Assembly (NCBI GenBank): GCA_947473125.1
Contig: CANJDH010000012.1
Span: 1,131-65,130, forward strand
Direction of reading: 5' to 3'
DNA: 64,000 nt
DNA from: Burkholderiales bacterium
GTDB lineage: Bacteria > Pseudomonadota > Gammaproteobacteria > Burkholderiales > JAEUOS01
Below are positions 43,905-52,881 of this stretch, in pieces. Positions within the stretch are counted from its first letter, which is position 1; every line of letters starts with the position of its first letter. The notes under the pieces were generated by a model. That model was not told where the DNA came from and ran no database searches. It worked only from the letters and a program-made list of their open reading frames with translations. The position numbers and the translations under genes were made by a program.

Positions 43905-46127
43905 CTACGTCAAGCCGCTTTGGCTCTGCCCGGGGGTGGCTGCAGCACCCGGCGCCGCACGCCTGAGCGTGATGCTGACCCGCGCACCACCGGCCTTGTC
44001 GTTCGCCAGTTCGATGGTGCCCTGGTGTTCGTCAACGATCTTTTTGACGATGGCAAGTCCCAGCCCGGTGCCCTTGGCCTTGGTGGTGACGTAGGGCTCG
44101 AAAGCGCTGGCCATGATGCGCTGTGCAAATCCTGGGCCGTTATCACTGACCGTCAGCATTACGCCGTCGGGACTCACCGTTGTTTCTATAGAGACTTTGG
44201 GCGTAGCGCTTGCCGCCACGGCATCCTCGGCATTTTGCAGCAGGTTGTGGATCACCTGGCGCATTTGCCCGGTATCGCCCACGGCACGGGGAAGCTCCGG
44301 GGCCAGGCTTGCCTGCGGCGGCGCTGTCGCGTTCTCGTAGAGCCCGAGCACTTCTCGCACCAGCTCGTTGAGGTCAAAATCGCGCAGCACGGCAGGCGGG
44401 GTGCGCGCGTAATCGCTAAAGTCGTCGACCATGCGCTTCATCGCAGCCACCTGGTTGACGATCATGTCGGTACCGCGCTGGAGCATGTCGGCTTCCGGCG
44501 GCGCCAGCTTGGCCGAAAGCTTCATCTGCATGCGCTCAGCCGAGAGCTGGATCGGCGTCAGCGGATTTTTGATTTCGTGGGCGAGCCGTCGCGCCACTTC
44601 GCCCCAGGCCGAAGAACGTTGTGCCGACACCAGAGCGGAAATGTCATCGCACACCACCAGATAGCCTTGGCCATCCCCAACCGTCAGCCGCGTGCCGCGC
44701 ACCAGCAGTGCGCGCTGCACCGACTCACCGCCCTCCGGCGCAGCCCGTTCGAAATCGAGCTGGCGTTGCCAGGTCTTCTTGCCCTCGCGCGCGAATGCTT
44801 CGGCCAGTTGCGCACCGAACGCCGCGAGGCCGGGCAATGTGCCAAACAGCTTCCATTGGGCGCCCGACGCGTCAAACCCAAGAATAGCCTCGGCGCCCTG
44901 GTTGGCTGTCGCCAGCTTCATGTCGGCATCCAGCACCAGCACGCCCGAGGTAAGGCTTGCGAGAATATTCTCGACATAGGCTTTAGACGACTCGAGTTGC
45001 GCCTGCTTCTGCTCGACGCTGGCACGCGCGTCGTCGAGTTGGCGGGTCATGCGTGAAAACGACTGCGTCAGCACGCCGAGTTCATCGCTGCCCGCAATCT
45101 CCCCGATCGGCGTGAAATCTCCCTGCGCAACCGCTTTGGTACCCTGCGCAAGCAGCGACAGCGGTGCGGCCAGCCGTGCCGACAGATAAAACGCGACCGC
45201 AACAGCCGCAAACAAGGCCAGCAGCAGTGTCAAAGTCAGCGTGACCGTGTAGATGTCGCGCAAGCCTCTGCGAGACAACGAGAGTTCGGCGTAGTCACGG
45301 TAGCCGGCCTGTACGTTTTCCGCACTGGCGGTAAGTTGTTCAGGCACCTGCTGCAGTACCTGCAGGATACGCAGTTCACCGCCCAGCCTGCGCGCCGCAA
45401 TCGGTGCCAGAACCCGCATCCGCAAAGCGGTCTTCTCCTCAGCGCGCGCGCCGTTGCCGTTGCGCGACACGGCACTTTCGACCCCGGCATGGCCGCGCCC
45501 CTGGGCCACCTGGCGCATGATTTGCGGGTCCGGCAAGTCCGGCGCCAGACGGGACGCCGACGCACCCGACGAGGCAATCAGCCTGCCTGAAGGGCCGAGC
45601 AAGGCCGCCTCCTGCAATCCGGTCTGCTCAAGCATGCGGGTCAACAACGGCCCGGCCGATGCGTCCGGCACATCAGCCAGTTCAAGCGCCATCAGGCGCG
45701 TGCGGGCCGTCACATCCTGAAGCATCGAATCGAGCGTCGCGCGCGCGAGCGCAATGCCCGACTCAAGGCTTTTCTCCACCTTGACGTTGAACCACGATTC
45801 GATCGAGCGCGACAGGAACTGGACCGACACGGTGTACACCAGCGTCCCGGGAATGATCGCCATCAATGCAAACAGCAAGGTCAGGCGCGCCGCCAGCCCG
45901 GTGCCGAACACCTGGGCCCGGCGCCGCCGCCACAGCCGCACCAACAGGAACCCGACCACGCCAAGCATCGCCAGCGCAGTGCCGGCATTAAGGGCCAGCA
46001 ACAGCGAATACTGCTGCGCGAACCGTTCGGTGTTGGCGCTGGCCGTGGCCAGCAGGAACAGCAGTACGCCTGCCAGCGCAAAGGCGCCCACGAGCACATA
46101 GCGCACCGCGCGACTATTCAGGGGCAT
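43905..46127 (-). CDS. NtrY-like sensor histidine kinase (TM-HAMP-PAS-HisKA-HATPase)
   Basis: H-box HEIKNPLTPIQLSAERM, with N/G boxes NLLQNAEDA and DNGPGF...GTGLGLAIVKKIV. The N-terminus contains TM helices. Confidence 0.9.
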   Translation of the reverse strand: MPLNSRAVRYVLVGAFALAGVLLFLLATASANTERFAQQYSLLLALNAGTALAMLGVVGFLLVRLWRRRRAQVFGTGLAARLTLLFALMAIIPGTLVYTVSVQFLSRSIESWFNVKVEKSLESGIALARATLDSMLQDVTARTRLMALELADVPDASAGPLLTRMLEQTGLQEAALLGPSGRLIASSGASASRLAPDLPDPQIMRQVAQGRGHAGVESAVSRNGNGARAEEKTALRMRVLAPIAARRLGGELRILQVLQQVPEQLTASAENVQAGYRDYAELSLSRRGLRDIYTVTLTLTLLLALFAAVAVAFYLSARLAAPLSLLAQGTKAVAQGDFTPIGEIAGSDELGVLTQSFSRMTRQLDDARASVEQKQAQLESSKAYVENILASLTSGVLVLDADMKLATANQGAEAILGFDASGAQWKLFGTLPGLAAFGAQLAEAFAREGKKTWQRQLDFERAAPEGGESVQRALLVRGTRLTVGDGQGYLVVCDDISALVSAQRSSAWGEVARRLAHEIKNPLTPIQLSAERMQMKLSAKLAPPEADMLQRGTDMIVNQVAAMKRMVDDFSDYARTPPAVLRDFDLNELVREVLGLYENATAPPQASLAPELPRAVGDTGQMRQVIHNLLQNAEDAVAASATPKVSIETTVSPDGVMLTVSDNGPGFAQRIMASAFEPYVTTKAKGTGLGLAIVKKIVDEHQGTIELANDKAGGARVSITLRRAAPGAAATPGQSQSGLT

Positions 46128-46145
46128 GGGCGGCCCCCGCGAGCG

Positions 46146-46799
46146 TCATTTCTGTCCTCCCGGCGCAGCGCCGGCAGCGGCGCCACCGGCCGATCCGGCA
46201 TCAGGACGGAACGAGAATTTTCTCCATTCCGACTCAAGCGTCCATTCCCGACTGGTCAGCGCGTTGATCTGAAACGCCTTGGGCAGCTGGGTCGCGTCAA
46301 GGCGCATGCGTACCTGCGCGGTGTAGGTTTCACCCGGCGCCACCTTCTGCCGGTCAATCGCAAACAGGCGCGGACGCGCCAGCAGGCGGATTGCTTCCTT
46401 GAGGGTGGGAAAGCTTTGGTAAAGGGACCCCGCGGAAAGCCGGTACGACTGCGTCAAGGCGTGGTACGAGAGCTTGTAAGTCTGTACGGCCTGCTGCGTC
46501 TTCTCGTCGAGCCAGTACCAGCGTGGGCGCGTCAACTCGAACTCAAGGTTGAAGTACAGCGGTACGCCTTTGTTGACCGCCTCCTCAAGCCGGCTTGACA
46601 ACTCCAGCCCGAATTCCGCATACAGGGTCCAGCCGTCGTCCTGCGCTTCGAGCCGGACCTCGCGAACCTCTATGGTGTCGGCATGTGCTTCGTTGCCCAG
46701 CGACGCGAGCCCCAGCGCAACCAACAGGCACGCTAGCGCCTGAAGCGTGCGTGCGCGCAGGTCAGTCCTTCCCCAGGAGCGCATAGAAAAATCCGTCAT
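46146..46799 (-). CDS. DUF4390 domain protein (periplasmic)
   Basis: A signal-like LACLLVALGLASLGNEAHA is followed by the block GWTLYAEFGLELSSRLEEAVNKGVPLYFNLEFEL. Start is uncertain (46799 or 46784) and overlaps the rsmB 3' end. Confidence 0.7.
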   Translation of the reverse strand: MTDFSMRSWGRTDLRARTLQALACLLVALGLASLGNEAHADTIEVREVRLEAQDDGWTLYAEFGLELSSRLEEAVNKGVPLYFNLEFELTRPRWYWLDEKTQQAVQTYKLSYHALTQSYRLSAGSLYQSFPTLKEAIRLLARPRLFAIDRQKVAPGETYTAQVRMRLDATQLPKAFQINALTSREWTLESEWRKFSFRPDAGSAGGAAAGAAPGGQK

Positions 46800-48108
46800 G
46801 CGCGGCATCAGGCAGCAGCTGATCAACCACGCCATGCAACAGGGGCTGGGGCGCACCGGGTGGCGTCGATACAAGGGGAAGCGCAAGGTGTCGTGCATCC
46901 GGGTGCTGTCCTAACCACGCCTCGATTTGCTGGTTGTTTTCTTGCGGGAACAGGGAGCAGGTGGCATACAGCAATTTACCACCGGGTTTCAATACATGCC
47001 ACAAGGCGTCGAGCAGGCGACGCTGGCTTCGCGCCAGTTGCCGCAGGTCGCCGACTCGCTTGAGCCACTTTGCATCGGGATGGCGACTGACGACGCCCGA
47101 AGCGGTACAGGGCGCATCAAGCAACACGAGATCGAACGGCGCGCCATCCCACCAGGTGTCCAGGACCGCAGCGTCGGCTGCGCGACACTGCGCGGACAGC
47201 CCGAGCCGTTTCAGATTGATACGGATCGCCGCGACTCGCCCTTCATCCTGGTCAAGCGCCAGCATCTCGCAGTCGATGCTTTCGAGCAGGTGTGCCGTCT
47301 TGCCCCCGGGAGCGGCACAGGCATCGAGTAGCCGCAGGCGCGCGTCACCCGGCCGGGCGGCCACGAGGCTGCCGCAAAGCAGGTGCGCCGCCCACTGCGC
47401 GCCCAGATCCTGCACCGATACCAGGCCCTCGGCAAACCCGGGCAATCGGCTTACCGGCACGGGCCGAGCCAGAGTCAACGCCACCGGCCCGGTTTGCCGC
47501 GCTGCGAGGCCGGCAGCCGCGAGCTCGGCTGCATAGGACGCCACCGTGCTGCGCCTGAGGTTGACGCGCAGCGTCATCGACGGCGGACGGTTGCCCTGCT
47601 CAAGGATGGCTTCCCAGCGGTCCGGCCACGCCTCCCGGACACGCTCGATCCACCAGCGCGGATAGGCCAGGCGCAAGGCTTCGTCCGCGCGCAGTTCGCG
47701 CAGCAGGGTCTCCTGTTCACGCAGAAAGCTGCGCAACACGCCGTTCACCAGACCCTTGAACGCGCCAGCCGCAATCTCCGATGCGGCGCACACCGCCTGA
47801 TCGACAACAATGTGGGCGCGGTCTGTCGCGTGGTCGATCAACTCGCTGAGTGCGACGCGAATCAGGTAGTCGACAGAGGGGTTGGGTTTCTTCATGAGGC
47901 GCAGTGCCAACGCATCGAGAAGATTGAGACGGCGGCACGCGGTGTACGCAATATCCTGCGCGGCCGCACGTTCGGGCCCGGCCAGCGCCTGCCCTTCCAG
48001 ATCCAGCGCCCGATCAAGCGCCTTGCCTTGAGCAACTTGCGCGACGGCTGCAGCCGCAGCAGCCAGGGCAATTGCCAGATTACCGGACAGACCGGCGGCG
48101 GCGTTCAT
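46762..48108 (-). CDS. rsmB: 16S rRNA (cytosine967-C5)-methyltransferase
   Basis: N-terminal NusB-like domain, SAM motif DACAAPGGKT and catalytic Cys motifs DAPCTASG and YATCS. The ATG at 48108 avoids overlap with fmt; the ORF is open to 48168. Confidence 0.9.
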   Translation of the reverse strand: MNAAAGLSGNLAIALAAAAAAVAQVAQGKALDRALDLEGQALAGPERAAAQDIAYTACRRLNLLDALALRLMKKPNPSVDYLIRVALSELIDHATDRAHIVVDQAVCAASEIAAGAFKGLVNGVLRSFLREQETLLRELRADEALRLAYPRWWIERVREAWPDRWEAILEQGNRPPSMTLRVNLRRSTVASYAAELAAAGLAARQTGPVALTLARPVPVSRLPGFAEGLVSVQDLGAQWAAHLLCGSLVAARPGDARLRLLDACAAPGGKTAHLLESIDCEMLALDQDEGRVAAIRINLKRLGLSAQCRAADAAVLDTWWDGAPFDLVLLDAPCTASGVVSRHPDAKWLKRVGDLRQLARSQRRLLDALWHVLKPGGKLLYATCSLFPQENNQQIEAWLGQHPDARHLALPLVSTPPGAPQPLLHGVVDQLLPDAAHDGFFYALLGKD

Positions 48109-48139
48109 GACCAGCCCGGGCAAGGCGCGGCGCGGCACA

Positions 48140-49105
48140 TCATGACACCGGACCGACTGCACAGTCAAAGCGATCGCCCCGGGTCAGGGCAAAGCCCTGC
48201 AAGAACTCGCGAGGCGGCTGGCGCCGACCACCGGGTTTTTGCAGCGCTGTCAGCCGCAACGCGCCCTCGGCGCAGGACACCACCACGCCGGCATCGTCCG
48301 CCTGCAGCACCATCCCGGCAGGATGCATGCCGAAAACCGTTGGTGCCAGCGGGTCTCCGGACCACAACTTGATCGTCACACCGCGAATCGTCGCGGTACA
48401 GCCCGGGAACGGGTCAAAGGCACGCAGTTTGCGGGCGAGCTGCGCGGGCGGCAGCGCGAAATCGACGACGGCCTCTTGCTTGCCGATCTTGCTGGCATAG
48501 GTGATGCCCGACGCGACTTGCGGCTCGGCAACCAGTGTGTCGACGTGCGCCAGGACATCAATAATCAGCCGCGCACCAGTGAGCATGAGCCGATCGTGCA
48601 AGGTCGCCGCAGTGTCGGTGGGCAAAATGTCCACCGTCTCGCGCAACAGTACCGGCCCGGTATCGAGGCCCTCTTCCATGCGCATGATGCAGATGCCGGT
48701 CTGTTCGTCACCCGCGGCAATCGCGCGCTGGATCGGCGCAGCGCCGCGCCAGCGCGGCAACAGCGAAGCGTGGATGTTGAGGCAGCCCAGCCGGGGAATG
48801 TCGAGAACCTGGCGCGGCAGGATCAGCCCATAGGCCGCAACCACCATCACGTCGTGCGCGGTCTGGCGCAGGCGCTCGACAGCCGCCGGTTCGTTGCGCA
48901 GCGATGCCGGCTGGAACATCTCGATGCCATGGGCAACGGCAACTCGCTTGACGGCGCTGGGCGCCAGCTTCATGCCGCGGCCGGCGGGACGGTCGGGCTG
49001 CGTCAGCACCAGAGGCACGGCGCATCCGGCGGCGAGCAATGCCTCAAGGGCCGCCGCGGCAAAATCCGGCGTTCCGGCAAATACCACTTTGGGAAGCTGT
49101 TTCAT
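48140..49105 (-). CDS. fmt: Methionyl-tRNA formyltransferase
   Basis: [31 protein letters not shown]. Confidence 0.95.
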   Translation of the reverse strand: MKQLPKVVFAGTPDFAAAALEALLAAGCAVPLVLTQPDRPAGRGMKLAPSAVKRVAVAHGIEMFQPASLRNEPAAVERLRQTAHDVMVVAAYGLILPRQVLDIPRLGCLNIHASLLPRWRGAAPIQRAIAAGDEQTGICIMRMEEGLDTGPVLLRETVDILPTDTAATLHDRLMLTGARLIIDVLAHVDTLVAEPQVASGITYASKIGKQEAVVDFALPPAQLARKLRAFDPFPGCTATIRGVTIKLWSGDPLAPTVFGMHPAGMVLQADDAGVVVSCAEGALRLTALQKPGGRRQPPREFLQGFALTRGDRFDCAVGPVS

Positions 49106-49183
49106 CGGCGATTCATTTGTCCGGAGTCAAAAATGACCCCGGCTGAGGCACGGCACATGCGGCTGCCAGACGCGCAGCCTGGT

Positions 49184-49690
49184 TCAGGCCGCCTTCTTGC
49201 GCGCCTCTTTCTCGAACTTGGCGCGGATGCGGGTCTGTTTCAGGCGGGACAGATATTCGACAAACACCTTGCCCTTGAGATGGTCCATTTCATGTTGCAC
49301 GCAAACGGCGAGGAGGCCGGTTGCGGAACGCCTGATCGTGTTGCCTGCAACGTCTTCTGCTTCGAAGTCGATGTGTTCGGCACGCTCGACTTCCTCGTAG
49401 ATGCCCGGAACGGAAAGGCAACCTTCCTCGTACACATGCCTGCCGTTCGCCTTGAGGATGCGCGGATTGACCAGAACCACGAGGTCATCGTGGGTTTCGG
49501 AGGTATCAATCACGATCACGCGTTTGTGCACATCAACCTGGGTTGCGGCCAACCCGACGCCGGGCGCCGCATACATGGTCTGTGCCATGTCGTCGACCAG
49601 CTTTTTGAGGTCGGCGTCAAACTCCGTAACAGGCGCCGCAAATTTGTGCAGGCGCGCATCCGGGTAGGTCAAAATCGTCAAAATGGCCAT
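49184..49690 (-). CDS. def: Peptide deformylase
   Basis: The three PDF motifs [17 protein letters not shown] and QHEMDHL. Confidence 0.95.
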   Translation of the reverse strand: MAILTILTYPDARLHKFAAPVTEFDADLKKLVDDMAQTMYAAPGVGLAATQVDVHKRVIVIDTSETHDDLVVLVNPRILKANGRHVYEEGCLSVPGIYEEVERAEHIDFEAEDVAGNTIRRSATGLLAVCVQHEMDHLKGKVFVEYLSRLKQTRIRAKFEKEARKKAA

Positions 49691-49823
49691 GAATCTGGGT
49701 GTTGCAATTATGCAAAAAAGGGCCCGAACGCTATCGCTTCAGACGGAAAAAAGGCTTGCTAATCAATGCCGTTGGATGCTAAATTTAATGCGACTTTGTA
49801 AAAAAAGCCAGCCGCATGCTACA

Positions 49824-49837
49824 GTTTACCGGTAAAC
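49824..49837. promoter_or_regulatory. Perfect 14-bp palindrome GTTTACCGGTAAAC in the def/lysM divergent region
   Basis: Read directly. Calibrated against the def ATG (49690) and the lysM ATG (49904). Confidence 0.35.
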
Positions 49838-49903
49838 AGCGGCACAATGCGTCGCTTCGCACGTAACTGAGGGTGCGAACGCGTCGCTTCAAGGAGAGGG
49901 CTT

Positions 49904-50935
49904 ATGCGAAAAGTGTTCCTACCAATTTTACTGGCCGGCCTGTTGGCCGCGCCGGCGTTTGCGCAAGTTGAAGCACCAAAACTGGCAGAAACCGCCCCCG
50001 ACCGTTATGTGGTCGTTCCGGGCGACACGCTGTGGGGGATCGCCGGGCGCTTCCTGAAAGATCCGTATCGCTGGCCCGACGTGTGGGAGCCCAACAAGGC
50101 CGAAATCAAAAACCCGAACCGGATCTATCCGGGCAATATACTGGTGCTGGATCGTTCTGGCAGCACGCCGCGCCTGCGTCTGGCAACGGTCAAGGTCGAC
50201 CCGAGGGTACGCTCGGACAAGTCCGCCACCGAAGTTCCCTCGATCCCCTCCGGTGTAATTGAACCCTTCCTGGCGGCACCGCTGGTTGTGGATGACGGTG
50301 GCCTGGCCAGCGCACCAAAAATAGTTGCTACGCAGCAGGGACGCACCTTCCTCGGAACGGGTGACGTTGCCTACGTGGCCGGCAGCGTGCCCGATAGCGT
50401 CACGACCTGGCAGGTATACCGGCCAGGTCAGGCGTTTATCGACCCCGACACAAAAGAGAACCTGGGCTACGAGGCCACCTTCCTCGGCACGGCCAAGCTT
50501 GAACGCAAGACCGACCCGATGACCTTCCGTATCATCGGCTCCAAACAGGAGATGGGTGCGGGAGACCGCCTGGTTGCGTCGGCGCAACCGTCGCTGGTCA
50601 ACTACACGCCGCGCGCTCCCGCCAACGACATCCGTGCGCGCGTCCTGTCCACCTACGGTGGCGTGGGTGCGGCCGTCGCCGCGGCCGGAAGCAACCAGAT
50701 CATCACTATCTCCAAGGGGAAGCGGGACGGCGTGGAACTGGGCCATGTGCTGGCGTTGTACAGTTTTGGCCAAACGGTGAGGGATCCCCTGCAACGTTCC
50801 GGCGGCACCATTACACTGCCCGATCAGCGCAACGGCCTCGTGTTCGTGTTTCGCGTCTTCGACAAGGTGTCTTACGCGCTGGTAATGAGCGCGACCGATC
50901 CGATCAGGACCGGCGACGTTGCACGCAAGCCCTAA
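49904..50935 (+). CDS. LysM peptidoglycan-binding domain protein (exported)
   Basis: Signal peptide MRKVFLPILLAGLLAAPAFA and LysM motif YVVVPGDTLWGIAGRFL...NRIYPGNILVL. GGAGAGGG lies upstream of the ATG. Confidence 0.85.
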   Translation: MRKVFLPILLAGLLAAPAFAQVEAPKLAETAPDRYVVVPGDTLWGIAGRFLKDPYRWPDVWEPNKAEIKNPNRIYPGNILVLDRSGSTPRLRLATVKVDPRVRSDKSATEVPSIPSGVIEPFLAAPLVVDDGGLASAPKIVATQQGRTFLGTGDVAYVAGSVPDSVTTWQVYRPGQAFIDPDTKENLGYEATFLGTAKLERKTDPMTFRIIGSKQEMGAGDRLVASAQPSLVNYTPRAPANDIRARVLSTYGGVGAAVAAAGSNQIITISKGKRDGVELGHVLALYSFGQTVRDPLQRSGGTITLPDQRNGLVFVFRVFDKVSYALVMSATDPIRTGDVARKP

Positions 50936-50955
50936 ACCGGGCTCTCGGCTAGAAT

Positions 50956-50990
50956 AAAAAGGGCGCGGCTTCCGCGCCCTTTTTCTTTTT
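50956..50990 (+). terminator. Rho-independent terminator after lysM
   Basis: AAAAA-GGGCGCGG-CTT-CCGCGCCC-TTTTTCTTTTT. An A-tract on the 5' side makes it potentially bidirectional. Confidence 0.85.
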
Positions 50991-51031
50991 CGCCCTTTTT
51001 CTTCTTCCTTGTTAGTTCCTTCCGGTCATCC

Positions 51032-52162
51032 ATGCCAAACCCCTCTCCAGGTCTTGCCCACTGGCTGCGTTTGGGCCTGATCGCTGGCATTGGCGACAGC
51101 ACCATCCGCAAGCTGTTAGCGACATTCGGGTTGCCGGAGCAGGTCTTTGCAGCGACACGTACCGACATCGCCCAGGTCGCCGGTGAGGTGCAGGCGGACC
51201 GGCTGCGTGCGGCAGCCGCCAGCCCCGACGTCGCCAACGCCGTCGAACATGCGATGCGCTGGCTCGAAGCGCCGGAAAACCATCTGCTCACGCTGGCAGA
51301 CGCCGACTACCCACGCGACCTCCTCGACGCAACGGATCCGCCGCCGCTGCTCTACCTCAAGGGACGGCGCGAACTGCTCGGCAAGCGTGCCATCGCGATC
51401 GTCGGCAGTCGCAACGCGACCGCGCAGGGCATCGCCAACGCCGAAAGTTTTGCCGCGGCCTTGAGTCGCGCCGGACTGTGCGTCGTCAGCGGGCTGGCGC
51501 TGGGCATCGATGCCGCCGCGCATCGCGGGGCGCTGCGCAATGCGCCGGGCACAGACCGCGATCTGACGACTTCTGGATCCACCATTGCGGTGATCGGCAC
51601 CGGCGCCGACATCGTCTATCCGGCGCGCAATCGTGACCTTGCGCATGCGATTGCCGAGAATGGTTTGATTGTCAGCGAGTTTGCCCTGGCAACCCCTGCC
51701 GCTGCGGCCAATTTTCCGCGCCGCAATCGCATCATCAGCGGCTTGTCCAAGGGCGTTCTGGTAATTGAAGCGGCTCTGCGCAGCGGCTCCCTGATCACCG
51801 CACGGCTTGCGGGCGAGCAAGGGCGCGACGTATTCGCCCTGCCCGGCTCGATCCATTCGCCGCTAGCCAAAGGTTGCCACCAGTTGATCAAGCAAGGCGC
51901 CAAACTGGTTGACTCGGTCGAAGACATCCTCGATGAGCTTGGCATGGCAGGCACGGCTGGTGATGCATTGCCGGGACCTTCCCAGGGGCCTTCCCGCAAC
52001 GCGCTGGTCGAAGCGTTGGGGCACGATCCGATATCGATTGATGCCTTGGGCGAACGCACCGGCATCGCGGTCCACCTGTTATCGGCGCAGTTGTTGGAAC
52101 TTGAACTCGCCGGCCAGATCGCCCAGTTGCCCGGCGGTTTGATACAACGGATCACGCGCTAG
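51032..52162 (+). CDS. dprA: DNA-processing protein A (Smf)
   Basis: AIVGSRNATAQG, SGLALGIDAAAHRGAL and PRRNRIISGLS motifs. Confidence 0.9.
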   Translation: MPNPSPGLAHWLRLGLIAGIGDSTIRKLLATFGLPEQVFAATRTDIAQVAGEVQADRLRAAAASPDVANAVEHAMRWLEAPENHLLTLADADYPRDLLDATDPPPLLYLKGRRELLGKRAIAIVGSRNATAQGIANAESFAAALSRAGLCVVSGLALGIDAAAHRGALRNAPGTDRDLTTSGSTIAVIGTGADIVYPARNRDLAHAIAENGLIVSEFALATPAAAANFPRRNRIISGLSKGVLVIEAALRSGSLITARLAGEQGRDVFALPGSIHSPLAKGCHQLIKQGAKLVDSVEDILDELGMAGTAGDALPGPSQGPSRNALVEALGHDPISIDALGERTGIAVHLLSAQLLELELAGQIAQLPGGLIQRITR

Positions 52163-52620
52163 TGTTCGACGTCCTGATCCATCTTTACGACAACTGGTTT
52201 GACTGCGAATCCTGCCCCGACCCGGACACGCTGGCCCTCAAGCTCCGGGCCGCGGGCTTTGACGAGGAAGACATCAACGATGCGCTCACCTGGCTGATCG
52301 GCCTCGCGGTCGATGACGCGACGCGTCTTCCCGACGCCTTTGCCGAGCGCGCCTCCTTTCATTCCTACACGCCCGGCGAAACGCGCGCCTTGTCTGCGGC
52401 ATGCCGCGGCTATCTGGCATTTCTCGAGGAACGCGGCATCATCGATTCGATCGAGCGCGAAATCATCATCGAGCGCGCCCAGGCACTGCCCCAGGGCGCG
52501 CCCGATCTCGCACAATTGCGTGTCGTCGCGCTACTCGTGCTGTGGGCCGAGGGCACCGAACTTGACGCACTGGCTCTCGAAGAATTACTTCCCGGAGATG
52601 ACGCGCGAGTGTGGCAGTAA
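52162..52620 (+). CDS. smg: Smg (DUF494) protein
   Basis: MFDVLIHLYDNWF... is typical of Smg. The GTG start overlaps the dprA stop by 1 nt. Confidence 0.85.
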   Translation: MFDVLIHLYDNWFDCESCPDPDTLALKLRAAGFDEEDINDALTWLIGLAVDDATRLPDAFAERASFHSYTPGETRALSAACRGYLAFLEERGIIDSIEREIIIERAQALPQGAPDLAQLRVVALLVLWAEGTELDALALEELLPGDDARVWQ

Positions 52621-52881
52621 GCGTGAACCGGGTGCGGCAGATCAACCAGAATGCCCGGGAATGGGCAAGCACGCAGCTTGCGTTGGGTCCGGTGTTTTCT
52701 CCAGAATCCTCCAAAGCAGCGCAAATATTTTTACCAATCGCCCGCAAGCCCTTGTGCCGCAACGGTTTGCGCCATGCAGTCGAGCGCGCCGTCTAAACAA
52801 AGGCTTGCAATTTCCGGCCCGCACGCTTTAGACTCTCGCCCCTCATTGAGCCAATCCTCATCACGCAACCAGAAAAAATCC

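Noticed and set aside
52621-52881. 261-nt region upstream of topB, examined for a small gene or RNA. Possible promoter TTGCAA-N18-TAGACT near 52805-52834.
   Set aside because: There is no convincing ORF, no strong secondary structure and no repeat. The promoter match is ordinary and unsupported, so it is not listed as a feature.
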